64,000 nt of DNA from Myxococcota bacterium (GTDB lineage: Bacteria > Myxococcota_A > Polyangia > Nannocystales > Nannocystaceae). Location of the stretch: NCBI GenBank assembly GCA_039028615.1, contig JBCCHT010000003.1, forward strand, positions 224,001 through 288,000, written 5' to 3'. A program made the translations under genes and the position numbers. The notes below the pieces were generated by a model that was not told the origin of the DNA, did no database searches, and saw nothing but the letters and a program-made list of their open reading frames with translations. This document shows, one piece after another, positions 8,770-19,490 of this stretch (position 1 is its first letter; each line of letters opens with the position of its first letter).

Positions 8770-11157
8770 TCACTCCGCTTCGGCGGCGGGAAGCTGTCGG
8801 GCGAGCAATTCGCGACGTCGTCGCGTCTCGCGGTCGGCGGGGCGCGACAGCAACTCTGGCACCAAGGCGCGCGCGCGGGTCAGCGAGCCTTCGTCGCCCA
8901 GGTCGATCAGCACGCGCAGCAGCTCCTCTTCGATGGCCCCCCGGGCGCGCGTATCGGGCAAGGGGGCGCGCTCCAGCGCGAACTCGAGTGCACGCTGGAT
9001 CTCGGCCAGACGCGGCGGATCGAAGATTCTCAGGGCAGCCACCACCGCGAGATGAGCGGGGGCCTCGTGCGGCACGAGCTCGCGCAGCAGCCGGGCGTGG
9101 TGTAGCGCGAGGGCAGCGCGACCCGAGCCGAGCGCGAGCTGGTGGCGCACGTACAAGGGAGCCGGGTCCTCGGGGTCGAGCTCGTAGCGGACCGAGGCGA
9201 GAGCGTCGGCGTGCGCGGGCGCGACGGACACGAGCGCATCGCTGAGCAGCTTCCACGCCTCGGCGCTCGGGGGGCACAGGGCCGCGAGGTCGTCGGGGTT
9301 GGGGTAGCGCGTCAGCAGATACTGGACGAGGTCTTCGTCGGGAGGATCGTGCAGCAGGGCCAGGCCGCGGGCGTGGTTTTGGTCGGCCACCTCGAGGGGC
9401 TCGCCCCGCTCGGTCTGTGCCGCGCCGAGCACGAACCACGCGTCCACGTTGCCCGGGCGGCGCTCCACCGAGAGGGCGGCCCGAGCTCGGGCGGTGTCCC
9501 AGTCGCGGTCGTTCGCGGCTCGGCGCGCCCACAGCCCGTGGAGGCGGCCGTCGAGGGGGCGCAGGGCGGCCTTGCTCTGCGGGTCGATCTGCCCGGCGAG
9601 CACGGCCGTGTCGACCAGGGGCCGCTGCGAGAACACGTCCCCGCGGTACACGAAGGCCATGGCGAGAGCGCCGACCAGAGCCACGCCGCCCACCCAGCGC
9701 GCGCGCGAGGGAGCCCATCGCCAGCTCGGCTTGGGCGATAGGGCCCCAGCCAGGGCCACGGCGGGGGCGGTGACTCCGAGGAACTCGAAGCCGAAGTCCA
9801 CCAGGTTCTGCAGGCCCACGGCGAGCAGCCCGAGCAGCAGCAGCTGGCGGGCGGCACCGTCTTGGCGCTCGCGATGGGCCACCATCGCATTGAGCCACCA
9901 CGCCATGGCCCCCACGATCAGCGCCCCGCCGAAGACGGGGCCCCACTCGACCAGCGCGGCCATGGGGGCCGACTCGAGGTGGGTGTGCAGGATGTGCGAG
10001 GGCTCGGAGTCGTAGGGCCCGAACACGTCGATGAACGCCCCGCGGCCGATGCCGATCCACGGCGACAGCTGCAGCATGGGCAGCTCGTCGCCGAGGATGC
10101 GGAACTTGCTGTCCTGCGCGACCTCGGGGTCGGCGAGATCGAGCAGGGTGCCCAGCTCCCGCCAGGCCCCGTGCTGGGCGACGAGCAGGAACAACCCCAC
10201 CAGGCCGACGACGACGACGGCGCGGAGCGGGGACATCAGCCGGGAGCGGCGACGCTGGCTCTGTCGTTCGGAGCGCTGGTGCCGAAGCCCCAGCCAAATG
10301 GCGACCGGAGCCAGGAGCAGCAGCACCACGATGGCTCCGCGCGACAGCGACATCACCAGCGCGGGGACCTGCACGGTCAGCGCCGCCATGGCGGCCAAGA
10401 ACCGGTCGCCGTAGCGATCGACCTTGGAGGGATCGCGGGTATTGAGGCCCAGGCGGTGCTGGTCGGCGGCCAAGCTGCCCGCCGCGAAGATGCCCAGCAG
10501 CAGTAACCCCGATTGATGGTTGGGGTTGACGAAGGTCCCCATCATCGAGGGCAGCAGGTGCAGGTCGACGTCGCGGGCGGCGTAGACCCCGTAGATCGCC
10601 TGGAAGCTCATGGCCTCCTGGGCGAAGCCGATGAGCGCCACGGCGGAGCCGGTGGCCGCGGTGGCCGTGGCGGAGGCCCGCCATGACAGCTGGGCGGCGG
10701 CGATGAACAGCAGGGTCAGCCCGGTGAGGCGCGCCACCTCGAACCCGGTGTCGGCGGGCGAGGGGGACAAGCCGGGCCACGCCTGCACGCCCGTGCCCTC
10801 GAGGGCTTGGGTGACCTGGGCGTGCAGCTCGGGCGCGAGCAGGGCCTGGATGCCGGGGATGGGGGCCCACTGCGCGAAGGTCAGCAGGGTCGCGCCCAGC
10901 CCCAGCAGGGCGGCGCGGGGGATGTACAGAGCGGTGCTGGTGCGGGTGCAGATGCGGTGCCACAGCGCGAGCAGCAGCACGAGAAAGGCCAGCATCGCGG
11001 TGGGGGGCACGCCGCCCAGCAGCAGCGCGGGGCTGCCCACGGCCAGGCTCAGCAGGATCCGCGACCACGACCGGCGGTTGCGTTCCTGTCGCCGCCGCGA
11101 GCGTCGAGGAGGCTCGTTGGGCTCGACGTCGAGGTCGTCGTCGAGATCGTCACTCAT
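8770..11157 (-). CDS. O-antigen ligase/Wzy_C-family membrane protein with TPR-like C-terminus
   Basis: Many TM segments; GTFVNPNH, SLSRGA, PWIGIGRGAF, HTHLES...EWG motifs. Confidence 0.85.
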   Translation of the reverse strand: MSDDLDDDLDVEPNEPPRRSRRRQERNRRSWSRILLSLAVGSPALLLGGVPPTAMLAFLVLLLALWHRICTRTSTALYIPRAALLGLGATLLTFAQWAPIPGIQALLAPELHAQVTQALEGTGVQAWPGLSPSPADTGFEVARLTGLTLLFIAAAQLSWRASATATAATGSAVALIGFAQEAMSFQAIYGVYAARDVDLHLLPSMMGTFVNPNHQSGLLLLGIFAAGSLAADQHRLGLNTRDPSKVDRYGDRFLAAMAALTVQVPALVMSLSRGAIVVLLLLAPVAIWLGLRHQRSERQSQRRRSRLMSPLRAVVVVGLVGLFLLVAQHGAWRELGTLLDLADPEVAQDSKFRILGDELPMLQLSPWIGIGRGAFIDVFGPYDSEPSHILHTHLESAPMAALVEWGPVFGGALIVGAMAWWLNAMVAHRERQDGAARQLLLLGLLAVGLQNLVDFGFEFLGVTAPAVALAGALSPKPSWRWAPSRARWVGGVALVGALAMAFVYRGDVFSQRPLVDTAVLAGQIDPQSKAALRPLDGRLHGLWARRAANDRDWDTARARAALSVERRPGNVDAWFVLGAAQTERGEPLEVADQNHARGLALLHDPPDEDLVQYLLTRYPNPDDLAALCPPSAEAWKLLSDALVSVAPAHADALASVRYELDPEDPAPLYVRHQLALGSGRAALALHHARLLRELVPHEAPAHLAVVAALRIFDPPRLAEIQRALEFALERAPLPDTRARGAIEEELLRVLIDLGDEGSLTRARALVPELLSRPADRETRRRRELLARQLPAAEAE

Positions 11158-11178
11158 GGCGATGCCGCCGGCAGGGTA

Positions 11179-13431
11179 CTACGCGGACGCCGAATCGGAG
11201 CCGGTGGCCGGGGCCCGGTACGTGTAGTAGTCGCTGCCGTACTCGTAGCGCTCTTGCCGGGTGTCGACCTCGTTGAGGATGACGCCCATGATGTTGGCGT
11301 CGGCCTGGCCCAGCTGATTGAGCGAGCGCTGCAGCTCGCCGCGGGTGGTCGAGTCGCAGCGGGTGACGAGCACCACGGCGTCGGCCTGCCCCGCCAGCAG
11401 CAGCGGGTCGGTGACGGGCAGCACGGGCGGGCTATCGATGACGACCAGGTCGAAGCGGTCGCGCAGCTCGGCCAGCATGCGGCGGAAGGTGGGCCCGTCG
11501 AGCAGCTCGGCGGGGTTCTCCGGGATGTTGCCGCAGGGCAAGACGGTGAGGTTGTCCGGCGCGTCTTCGGGCGACTCGAGCAGGGCGTCGTCGAGCGTGG
11601 CGCGCTCGGTGAGGACGCCGGCGAGGCCGATGTCGTCGTTGTCCACCGGTCCCGGAAAGATGTGGTGCAGCCGCGGGCGCCGCATGTCGGCGTCGATGAG
11701 CACGACCTTCTTGTTGGCCTGGCAGAACGACAGCGCGAGGTTGATGGCGGTGGAGCTCTTGCCCTCGGAGGAGCTCGGCGAGGTGATCATGATGCTGCCC
11801 ACGGGCTCGCGGCCCTGGGCGAAGGTGAGGGCGGTCCGCACCCCGCGGCAGCGCTCGGCCATGAGCGACTGTGGGAACAGGTGGGCGTACAGGTCGCGCT
11901 GGCGCCTCTGGGCGCGCACGTTGCCCATGCCCAGCCGCGTGTCGTTGGGCAGAAGCGGGAGCTGGCCGAGCACGGGCAGCCCCACCGCGGCCAAGGCCCG
12001 CTCGAGGTCGATGAGCCCGCGGATCCGGTGGTCGCGGAAGTCGATGCTGATCGCCAGCAACGCGCCCAGCCCGAGCCCAGCGACCAAGCCCAGCGCCAAG
12101 AGCATGAGCTTGGGCGGGAACACGGGCACGGTGGGCGGGGTGGCGCGGTCGAGGATCTCGATGCCCTCGGCCTCGACCCGGTTGGTGATGGCGATCTCGG
12201 TGTCGCGGCGGGCGACGAGCAGGTAGTCCTCGGAGCTGGCCTTCGCCTCGCGCTCGAGCTCGTGGTAGCCGCGCTCGAGCTCACCCAGGCGCAAGGCCTT
12301 GTCGTTCTCGCGCTTGAGCGAGCGCTGGAGGTCGCGCTCGGTGTTGCGCACGGCGGCCAGCTGCGACTCGAGCGAGGCGACGAGGTTGGCCGCTTCACGG
12401 TCGATCTTGCGGTTGACCAGGTCGAGGCGCCGCTTGGCCTTGCGGTGCTCGTCGTGCTTGGGCCCGTACTCGATGTCGACGTCGTTGTAGGCCCGCTCGG
12501 ACTCGAGCTGCTCGGTGCGCAGGTTCTCGAACAGGCGCCGGTCTTCCTCGGGCAGCAGGCTGGCCGCGGCGAGGTTGTGCTTGTCCTGCAGGCGCTTGAC
12601 CTGCTCGAGCGTGTTCTGCAGCTCGATGCGCTCGGCCTCGGTCTCTTTGGTGCGGGCGCTGATCGACAGGATGTTCTGGGTGATGACGTTCTGGCGATCG
12701 GACAGCGAGATGGAGGTGATCTCGTGGTCGCGCTTGAAGTCCTCGAGGGCCTTCTCGGCGCCCTGCACCGTCTCGAGCGCCTTGACCCGCTCGGCCCCGA
12801 TGTTGTCCTTGGCCTCTTCGCCGACCCGAGAGCGGCTGCGGCGGACGTGCGCGACGTAGGCGTCGGCCAGCGCGTTGGCGATCTCGGTGGCGATGACCGG
12901 GTCGGGATACTCGGCCGAGATCTCGACGACCCGGGAGCCGCGGACCTCCTGCACATGGGTCAGCTCGCGGAGCCGGTCGACGGGGTCGATCTGCTCGGCG
13001 AGCATCTGCCGCTCGGCTTCGGTCTCGACGTCGTCGATGCCGAGGAACACGGCGTCTTGGGCCAGGCCCAGCTCGGCGAGGGCGCGCTCGGCCACCGCCC
13101 GGCTCTGCATGATGGTGCGCTGCGTCTGGTAGTACTCGCGGTAGCCCAGCACGCGGCCCTCGGCGTCTTCGGCCACGCCCTTGACCTTGTCGAGCACCTG
13201 CGGCCCCGACATGTGCAGGACCACGCTGGCGGTGGCGCTCCACCGCGGCTGCAGCAGCATGATGGCCAGGGCGGCCGCGGCCATGCACAGGGTGGTCGTG
13301 ACGCCGACCACCAGCCACCGCCGCCGCAGGATCGCCAGCAGACGCATGACCTGGGCCAAGACGTCGGCGTGCGCGGGTTCCTCTTCGTGGCGCGGCCCCG
13401 GCGGGCCGGGCAGGTGAGTCGGGCGTGACAT
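11179..13431 (-). CDS. wzc: Polysaccharide co-polymerase/tyrosine autokinase (Wzc family)
   Basis: Two TM helices flanking a coiled-coil region; ITSPSSSEGKSS Walker A, LIDADMRRP, VVIDSPPVL, C-terminal Tyr cluster YEYGSDYYTY. Confidence 0.92.
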   Translation of the reverse strand: MSRPTHLPGPPGPRHEEEPAHADVLAQVMRLLAILRRRWLVVGVTTTLCMAAAALAIMLLQPRWSATASVVLHMSGPQVLDKVKGVAEDAEGRVLGYREYYQTQRTIMQSRAVAERALAELGLAQDAVFLGIDDVETEAERQMLAEQIDPVDRLRELTHVQEVRGSRVVEISAEYPDPVIATEIANALADAYVAHVRRSRSRVGEEAKDNIGAERVKALETVQGAEKALEDFKRDHEITSISLSDRQNVITQNILSISARTKETEAERIELQNTLEQVKRLQDKHNLAAASLLPEEDRRLFENLRTEQLESERAYNDVDIEYGPKHDEHRKAKRRLDLVNRKIDREAANLVASLESQLAAVRNTERDLQRSLKRENDKALRLGELERGYHELEREAKASSEDYLLVARRDTEIAITNRVEAEGIEILDRATPPTVPVFPPKLMLLALGLVAGLGLGALLAISIDFRDHRIRGLIDLERALAAVGLPVLGQLPLLPNDTRLGMGNVRAQRRQRDLYAHLFPQSLMAERCRGVRTALTFAQGREPVGSIMITSPSSSEGKSSTAINLALSFCQANKKVVLIDADMRRPRLHHIFPGPVDNDDIGLAGVLTERATLDDALLESPEDAPDNLTVLPCGNIPENPAELLDGPTFRRMLAELRDRFDLVVIDSPPVLPVTDPLLLAGQADAVVLVTRCDSTTRGELQRSLNQLGQADANIMGVILNEVDTRQERYEYGSDYYTYRAPATGSDSASA

Positions 13432-13546
13432 TCGCGAGGAAGGGAAGCTTAGCAGCGAGGGCCCCGGTCTCCAGGTTTGCGGCGAGTTGCGGGAGGGAGG
13501 CCGGGCCATCGGAGGGAGCGGAGTGAGGCCCCCGCGCGGATCGGCG

Positions 13547-14068
13547 TCAGGGGCGGGGTCGTTCGGGAGGGAGCGCCAGGTCGACGAATGTCCGCAACAA
13601 CGCGTCGCAAGGGCCCGTGGCATGCCTTCGGGCGTACGCACGCAGCCCCTGCCACGCCCGCTCGCGGACGTGTCGGGGGTCCCGCGAGGCGTCGACGGGC
13701 AGCGGTCCCAGGGTTGCTTCGATCCGTGACAGCTCTACACGCTCCGCCGCCAGCTCGGTTGCCTTCAATCCGCGGTACGCCTCCTCCCACGCCGAATCGC
13801 GGTCGCGATCGTGGCCCACGGTGCGGCGCAGACTCCGAACCTCGCGCACCCGGGCCTGGATCGGGGCGATTGCGGCAAGTACGCGCTCGAGGGTGGGCTC
13901 GTCGAGCATGCCGCCGCGGGCGGGGTGCCACACACAGGCGAGGACGACGTCCACATCGAGGTCGTGCTCATCCTGCAGTCGGAGGCAGCAGGCCGCGACG
14001 CCGTCGCGGGCGTAGAGCCGGGTGGCGAAGGCCCACAGCGAGGCGGAGTCGTCGGGTTCGGAATCCAT
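13547..14068 (-). CDS. TIGR02444/DUF2390-family protein
   Basis: LWAFATRLYARDGVAACCLRLQDEHDLDVDVVL and ELAAERVE signatures. Confidence 0.8.
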   Translation of the reverse strand: MDSEPDDSASLWAFATRLYARDGVAACCLRLQDEHDLDVDVVLACVWHPARGGMLDEPTLERVLAAIAPIQARVREVRSLRRTVGHDRDRDSAWEEAYRGLKATELAAERVELSRIEATLGPLPVDASRDPRHVRERAWQGLRAYARRHATGPCDALLRTFVDLALPPERPRP

Positions 14069-14138
14069 GAACGCGTCGCCGAGGCTACCGTCAATCGGTG
14101 GCCCGCGGCGACGCGGTGGGGTTCGAGACCGGGTGGCC

Positions 14139-15938
14139 TCAGGCAGCGCGGCGTCGGCTCAGGCGGCGCAGGCCCAGCGCGGCGAAGAGCATGAGCATCC
14201 AGCCGGGCGCGCCGTCGTCGTCGCTGCGGCAGCCGCAGCCGCCCAGGGCACCGCCCTCACCGTCATCGTCCTGACCCGCGGAGTCGTCGTGGCCGTGGCA
14301 GGAGTTCGAGGGATCGAGGCCGTTGTTCCAGTTCTCGAGCAGGTCGTCGATCTCGGTCACGTTGTTGGCCAGCTCGACCGGGGCGAAGCCGGCCATGTGC
14401 TCGGTCACCCGCTGGGACCACGGCATGTGGTCGGGCGCGATGATCGGCCACTCGGTGGTGCTGGCCAGGCGCACGTTCCGGTTGCCCTCGGGCAGCTGCA
14501 TCTCGACGCGGCCGCCGCAGGAGAAGAACCGAGTCGAGGTGTAGCTGGTCCGGTCCACGTAGTCGAAGGGCATGGGCGGCTCCTCTTCGGCGAAAAAGAG
14601 CGGGTCTTCGGTCATCTCGTGGGGCGACAGCGTGGTGTACAGCCGGGTGACGAAGGGGTTTTCGTCCAGCAGCTCCACCGCGTGCAGGCCGGGGTTGATG
14701 ATGCGCTCGAGGACATCGTTGCCGAAGGCCTCGCCGTCCCACGCGCTGAGGTCGGCCTCGTCCTCGAAGCACTCGATGCACTCGTAGTACTCGGCCGCGG
14801 TCAGTCCCGCGGGGACGGGCAGGTAGCTGGCGAGGATGCCGAGCGTGAGCGGGTGCCCGGTGCAGGGCTCCTCGTCGCAGCGCAGCAGGTCCTGGTAGTA
14901 CAGGATGTCGTAGAGGTCTTCGGGGACGGTGGAGCTGAAGACCGCGTCGTCCCACAGGGGGTTGAAGAGCCCGTCGCGGGTGATGAGGTCGGTCGGCCCC
15001 GCGTACTCGGTGACGAAGCCGTGGCCTTCGACCAGCGGCTCGTCGATCGCCTGGGTGACCACCTCTTTGTAGTTGCTGCCCAGGTCGATCCAGTCGAGCT
15101 TGAGCGGGTTGAGCTCGACGTGGCGGTAGTTGGTCGGGTAGGCGCGGCCCTTGGCGAGGAAGAAGGCCCGGATGTCCATGTCCTCGGCCGCGGCGATGCG
15201 GGTCAACCGAATGGGCAGGCAGGGGCTTCGGCCCTCGTAGCGCAGGCTGATGGGGTGGATCTCGCCGACGTCGGCACCGTTGGTCAGGCGCACGGCCACG
15301 AACTGGGCGCCCTCGTCGACGTACTCCTGCAGGATCGGGGTGGCGTTCGGGTCTTGGTAGAAGTCGTTTTCGCCGAGCCAGATCATCAGGTCTTCGGCCG
15401 TCTGGGACTCGACCACCGCGATGTCGAACGCGCCCAGGGTCTGCTTGCTGATGACTTCGGTGCCGCCGCCCGTGGTGGCCCCATCGTCACCGCCGCCGCC
15501 GGCCGCATCCGAGTCTCCGCCCGGGGCCGCTCCGCCGCCGTCGCAGCCGTCCCAGTCATCCCAGCCCCCTTCGCCGCCCCAGTCGTCGTCGCAGAAATCG
15601 CGGAAGTTGCTGAAGCCGTAGCTCGGCACGGTGGAGTTTTGCAGGTTGAGCATCAGCTGCTGCGAGCTCACCGCGAACTCCGGCGTGTTCATCACCGGGA
15701 TGATCCACGCGAAGCGCTCGGCCTCGGTGGAGGGGTCGTACTCGATCTGGATGTGGGCCTCGACGTGGGTCTCGTCGAGCACGAAGACGATGGTCTCGCC
15801 CGTCTGGTCGACGGGCATCGCCTGGGGTCCGGCGTCGCAGAACGTGCCACCACAGGCATCGGCGGGGCGGGGGGTGGCAGCGACGAGCAACCCGGCGAGC
15901 CCTGCAGCTCCGCCGATCAATGAACCAAATCTACGCAT
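14139..15938 (-). CDS. DUF2330-domain secreted protein with MYXO-CTERM sorting signal
   Basis: ADACGGTFC...VDQTGETIVF...FAWIIPV...LPIRLT; C-terminus GCGCR-linker-hydrophobic-RRLSRRR. Confidence 0.88.
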   Translation of the reverse strand: MRRFGSLIGGAAGLAGLLVAATPRPADACGGTFCDAGPQAMPVDQTGETIVFVLDETHVEAHIQIEYDPSTEAERFAWIIPVMNTPEFAVSSQQLMLNLQNSTVPSYGFSNFRDFCDDDWGGEGGWDDWDGCDGGGAAPGGDSDAAGGGGDDGATTGGGTEVISKQTLGAFDIAVVESQTAEDLMIWLGENDFYQDPNATPILQEYVDEGAQFVAVRLTNGADVGEIHPISLRYEGRSPCLPIRLTRIAAAEDMDIRAFFLAKGRAYPTNYRHVELNPLKLDWIDLGSNYKEVVTQAIDEPLVEGHGFVTEYAGPTDLITRDGLFNPLWDDAVFSSTVPEDLYDILYYQDLLRCDEEPCTGHPLTLGILASYLPVPAGLTAAEYYECIECFEDEADLSAWDGEAFGNDVLERIINPGLHAVELLDENPFVTRLYTTLSPHEMTEDPLFFAEEEPPMPFDYVDRTSYTSTRFFSCGGRVEMQLPEGNRNVRLASTTEWPIIAPDHMPWSQRVTEHMAGFAPVELANNVTEIDDLLENWNNGLDPSNSCHGHDDSAGQDDDGEGGALGGCGCRSDDDGAPGWMLMLFAALGLRRLSRRRAA

Positions 15939-16177
15939 GTGAACGCTCCAGAAACCAAGCCAGCAAGAGTCGAAAGCCAAGCCCGCGATCACCCTCTGCC
16001 GCCGACACTGCGACTCGAGGCTCTCGCGAGGTGCCCGGGCTTGGTGCAAGCATCGCGCCCAACCCGGTCCCGAGCGATCTATGGGGGTTTCGCCTGGAGC
16101 CAGCCGGGGGTTCCACCCTAGGCCTGACATCGATGTCGCGATCGCAGGGCGAGTCGGACGTCCGTGTCAGTCGTGGT

Positions 16178-16197
16178 CGATTGCAACGTTGCAATCG
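16178..16197. promoter_or_regulatory. Perfect 20-bp palindrome, putative operator between divergent genes
   Basis: CGATTGCAACGTTGCAATCG equals its own reverse complement. Confidence 0.6.
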
Positions 16198-16315
16198 TCG
16201 ACAAACACCCGATTCGTGCCATTTCGGCGATCTCAAGTCGGTGAAATGAAATGCGCGCTCGTGCATCCAAGGGTTGGCGCGGGGCTTGAACAACTCGCGC
16301 CCGAAGACCACGCGC

Positions 16316-17260
16316 ATGATGCGATTGCCACGACGAACTCCCCGCTTTGCCTTGTTCCTGACCCTGGGAGCGCTTTCGACCGGCTGCCCCAGCGACGACG
16401 CGCCCGCGGACACCGACGAGGCCAGCACGGGCGCCTCCTCGACCGGGGGCATGGTCGAAGACTCGGGCAGCTCGGCCGCGACGCCTCCGGGCACCACGGG
16501 GAGCACCGATCCCGGCTCCACCACCGACACTCCGGCGGACTCCAGCGGAGGCGAGGACGACACGACCACGGGCGAGCCTCCGCCGAGCGGGGTGTGTGTG
16601 GGTATCGACACCGTCGGCGACATCGGCTCGGTCTACACCTCGCTGGGCCCGGGTGGGCCTCCGCCCCCGATGTGTGGCGCGGAGCCGGCCGGCTGCGGCG
16701 GTGATCTGGTGGGCACCTGGCAGGTCCAGCAGGTCTGCGGCTTCGATGCGCTCCCCAACCCGCTCGAGGACGACTGCCCGGGCTCGCAGTTCGACGTCGA
16801 AATTCTCTCGTCCACCGGCTCGCTCGAGTTCTTGGAAGACGGCACCTACGTCCAGGACACGACCATCGCCAACCAGGTCATCCTCACCCTCGACTCCATG
16901 ACCTGCTACGGGGCGACGTGCGAAGAGTTCGCGATGTTCGTGGAGATGGACACCCCGGGGGCGACCTGCCAGGACGTGGGCCCGGGCATGTGCGAGTGCA
17001 CCCTGCCCAACCCCGCCGAAGTCTCCTTGAACATGGGCACCTACTCCACGGACGGGAATACGCTGACGCTCAACGGTGACGACGGGTCGTTCGAGGAGTT
17101 CGAGTACTGCGCCATGGGCAACGCCCTGCAGACTTGGGCACCGCTGTACGACTTCGTGGTGACCGAGCAGGGTTGCGAGCTCGACGAGGAGTGCGAGGCC
17201 GCGCTGGGCGACATGCACGAATTCTACGTGTGCGCCCAAGAAGAGGACCTCGAGGAGTAA
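16316..17260 (+). CDS. Acidic Cys-rich lipoprotein, unknown function
   Basis: Signal with lipobox LSTGC, Ser/Thr/Gly linker, CGGDLVGTW motif, many Cys. Confidence 0.8.
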   Translation: MMRLPRRTPRFALFLTLGALSTGCPSDDAPADTDEASTGASSTGGMVEDSGSSAATPPGTTGSTDPGSTTDTPADSSGGEDDTTTGEPPPSGVCVGIDTVGDIGSVYTSLGPGGPPPPMCGAEPAGCGGDLVGTWQVQQVCGFDALPNPLEDDCPGSQFDVEILSSTGSLEFLEDGTYVQDTTIANQVILTLDSMTCYGATCEEFAMFVEMDTPGATCQDVGPGMCECTLPNPAEVSLNMGTYSTDGNTLTLNGDDGSFEEFEYCAMGNALQTWAPLYDFVVTEQGCELDEECEAALGDMHEFYVCAQEEDLEE

Positions 17261-17384
17261 TACGACCTCCAACGGGCCGACTGCGGGGGCAGGTCGGCCG
17301 ACGAGAGCAGTGGTCGGGCGGGTTTCGAGGGCGGCGAGACTCGGTGTCCTCGGGCCCGCCCGGCATTTTCGACGACGACGAGGC

Positions 17385-19355
17385 TCAGCCCTCGTCGTCG
17401 TCCTTCTCGGTGGGGCGTCGGCTCGCCAGCGCTTGGGTGAGCGCGGCATCGAGGGCTGCCCCCTGGCTCAGACCATCGATGTTGGCCCGCGCGTGGTCGG
17501 CCCAGACCCGTGCATCGGCGTCGCGGCTGCGGGAGGCCAACAGATCGACCAGGCCGACGGCTGCGGTGGCAGCGAGGCGAGGATGACGGCTGGCGAGGGC
17601 GTCGAAGTAGGCCGCCTGCAGGTCGCGCTCGGCTGCCACGGCGTCACCCTTGCCGAGATCGAGGGAGGCGCGTTCGATGCGAGCCCGCGCCGAGATGCGA
17701 CGATGCTCGCCCGCGTCGGCCTCTTCGACGACGGCGTCGATCTCTCGGCGCGCGGCATCGGGTCGCCCGGTGGTGCGGAGGGCTCGCGCTCGGCCGATGC
17801 GCTCGTTGAGGTCGAGGGCCAGCTCGGACCGGGGCTCGTCGGCGGCGGAGAGCAGGAGGGCATCGTCCTCGCAGTCGGCCAACGAAGGCAGCGCATGCGC
17901 GGCCGAGGCGGCTCGCTGCACGACCACCGTGGTGGGCTCTTCGAGGGCGGCCACGAACGACGCGAGGTCGACGCGGTGTCGCTCGAGGCACGCGGTGCGG
18001 GCGGCGTGCAGGGCCGTGCCACGGGCATCGCCCGCTCGTTTGTCGGCGCAGGCCCGCTCGTGCAGCCGAGTCCACGCCATCGCATGGGTATCGAGTCGCT
18101 CGGCGACGGGCGCCCAGCGGGCTTCGGCATCGACGATGCCCGAGTCCACGAAGGCCTTGCGCAGCTTCTGCTCGGTGGCGTCGTCCCAGCTCCCCGCGAG
18201 CACCTCGCTGGCGTCGCCGCACGTCGCGGCCGCGGCCCCGTTGCTGGCCGGCTGATTGAGCGTCGCCACCAGCAGGCCCGCCGCCGTGACCCCGGCCACG
18301 CTACCCACGGCGGCCCAGGCTCGCCACACGGGCGGAGCCGGCTTGTCCTCGTGGACCGTTCGCAGATCGCGAAGCAGGTCGGGCATCGAGGCGAAGCGAT
18401 CCTTGGGCTTGGAGGCCAGCCCGCGGCGCAGCACCTCGAATAGGCGTCGCGGCACGGGGGAGTTGGCGGGGGGCTCGAGCAGCTGCCCGCGATACTTGGC
18501 CCGGGCCTGCTGCTTGATGGAGCCCACCGCGAAGGGCAGCCGCCCGTAGAGCGCCTCGTACAGCGCGATGCAGTAGCTGTACTGATCGGAGCGAGCGTCT
18601 GCCGTCTTGCCCGCGTACTGCTCGGGCGCCATGTAGACCGGCGTACCCAAGATGGTGCCGTCGGCGGTCAGCGTCTCCGACCAGTGCCCGGAGTCGGTGT
18701 CGTCGTGCAGGACCTCGGGCGCGACCTCGGGCTCGGGCTCGTCGACCGCGGCGCGAGCGAGGCCGAAGTCCAGCACGCGCACGCGACCATCGTCGCCCAC
18801 CAACACGTTGGCCGGCTTGAAGTCGCGGTGCACCAGGCCGGCATTGTGGGCGGCGGCCAGGCCTCGGCCCGCGGCACGAAACACGCCCAGGGTTCGTCGC
18901 CAGGGGGGCTTGACCGCCTTGAGCCAGTCGCGGGCGTCCGCGCCTTCGACGAATTCCATCGCGACGTAAAGGCCCGTGCCGTACTCGCCGACGTCGTAGA
19001 CCGGGATCACGTTGGGGTGCGACAGCTGGGCCATCGCTCGCGCCTCGCGGAGCAATCGCTTGCGTCGCTTCTCCGCGGCCGGGCCCACGGCGCGCCCCGC
19101 CTTGAGCAGCTTGAGCGCGACCTCGCGGCGCAGCTCGGGGTCGTGCGCCCGATACACCACGCCCATACCCCCCGCGCCCACGCGCTCGAGCACGGCGTAG
19201 CGACCGACCTTCGATCCATCGCCGAGGTTGCCGTCGCTCGGGGCGGTGGGCAGCGTCGCGTCGAAGCCCGCGGCCTCGGTTCCAGAGTCCGCGACGGTCG
19301 CTGGATCGCCGGGCTCGGGTCCGTCCGAGCCGGCGTAGGGCATGGTCTCGGCCAC
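17385..19355 (-). CDS. Hanks-type Ser/Thr protein kinase with TM segment and helical/TPR-like C-terminus
   Basis: VGAGGMGVVY, VALK, VHRDFKPANV, DFG, GTPVYMAPEQ. Confidence 0.95.
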   Translation of the reverse strand: MAETMPYAGSDGPEPGDPATVADSGTEAAGFDATLPTAPSDGNLGDGSKVGRYAVLERVGAGGMGVVYRAHDPELRREVALKLLKAGRAVGPAAEKRRKRLLREARAMAQLSHPNVIPVYDVGEYGTGLYVAMEFVEGADARDWLKAVKPPWRRTLGVFRAAGRGLAAAHNAGLVHRDFKPANVLVGDDGRVRVLDFGLARAAVDEPEPEVAPEVLHDDTDSGHWSETLTADGTILGTPVYMAPEQYAGKTADARSDQYSYCIALYEALYGRLPFAVGSIKQQARAKYRGQLLEPPANSPVPRRLFEVLRRGLASKPKDRFASMPDLLRDLRTVHEDKPAPPVWRAWAAVGSVAGVTAAGLLVATLNQPASNGAAAATCGDASEVLAGSWDDATEQKLRKAFVDSGIVDAEARWAPVAERLDTHAMAWTRLHERACADKRAGDARGTALHAARTACLERHRVDLASFVAALEEPTTVVVQRAASAAHALPSLADCEDDALLLSAADEPRSELALDLNERIGRARALRTTGRPDAARREIDAVVEEADAGEHRRISARARIERASLDLGKGDAVAAERDLQAAYFDALASRHPRLAATAAVGLVDLLASRSRDADARVWADHARANIDGLSQGAALDAALTQALASRRPTEKDDDEG

Positions 19356-19490
19356 GATGGCGGGGACGATATCACTCCGGGCCCCGCGCGGGCACCCGGC
19401 CCGGGAGCCCTCCCAAGCCCCTCTCAGGGTCGTTTTTCGGGCCTGCTCGGGTGGCCCGTGAGCGCCGCCGCAGCCCGTCGGCGGACGGGG

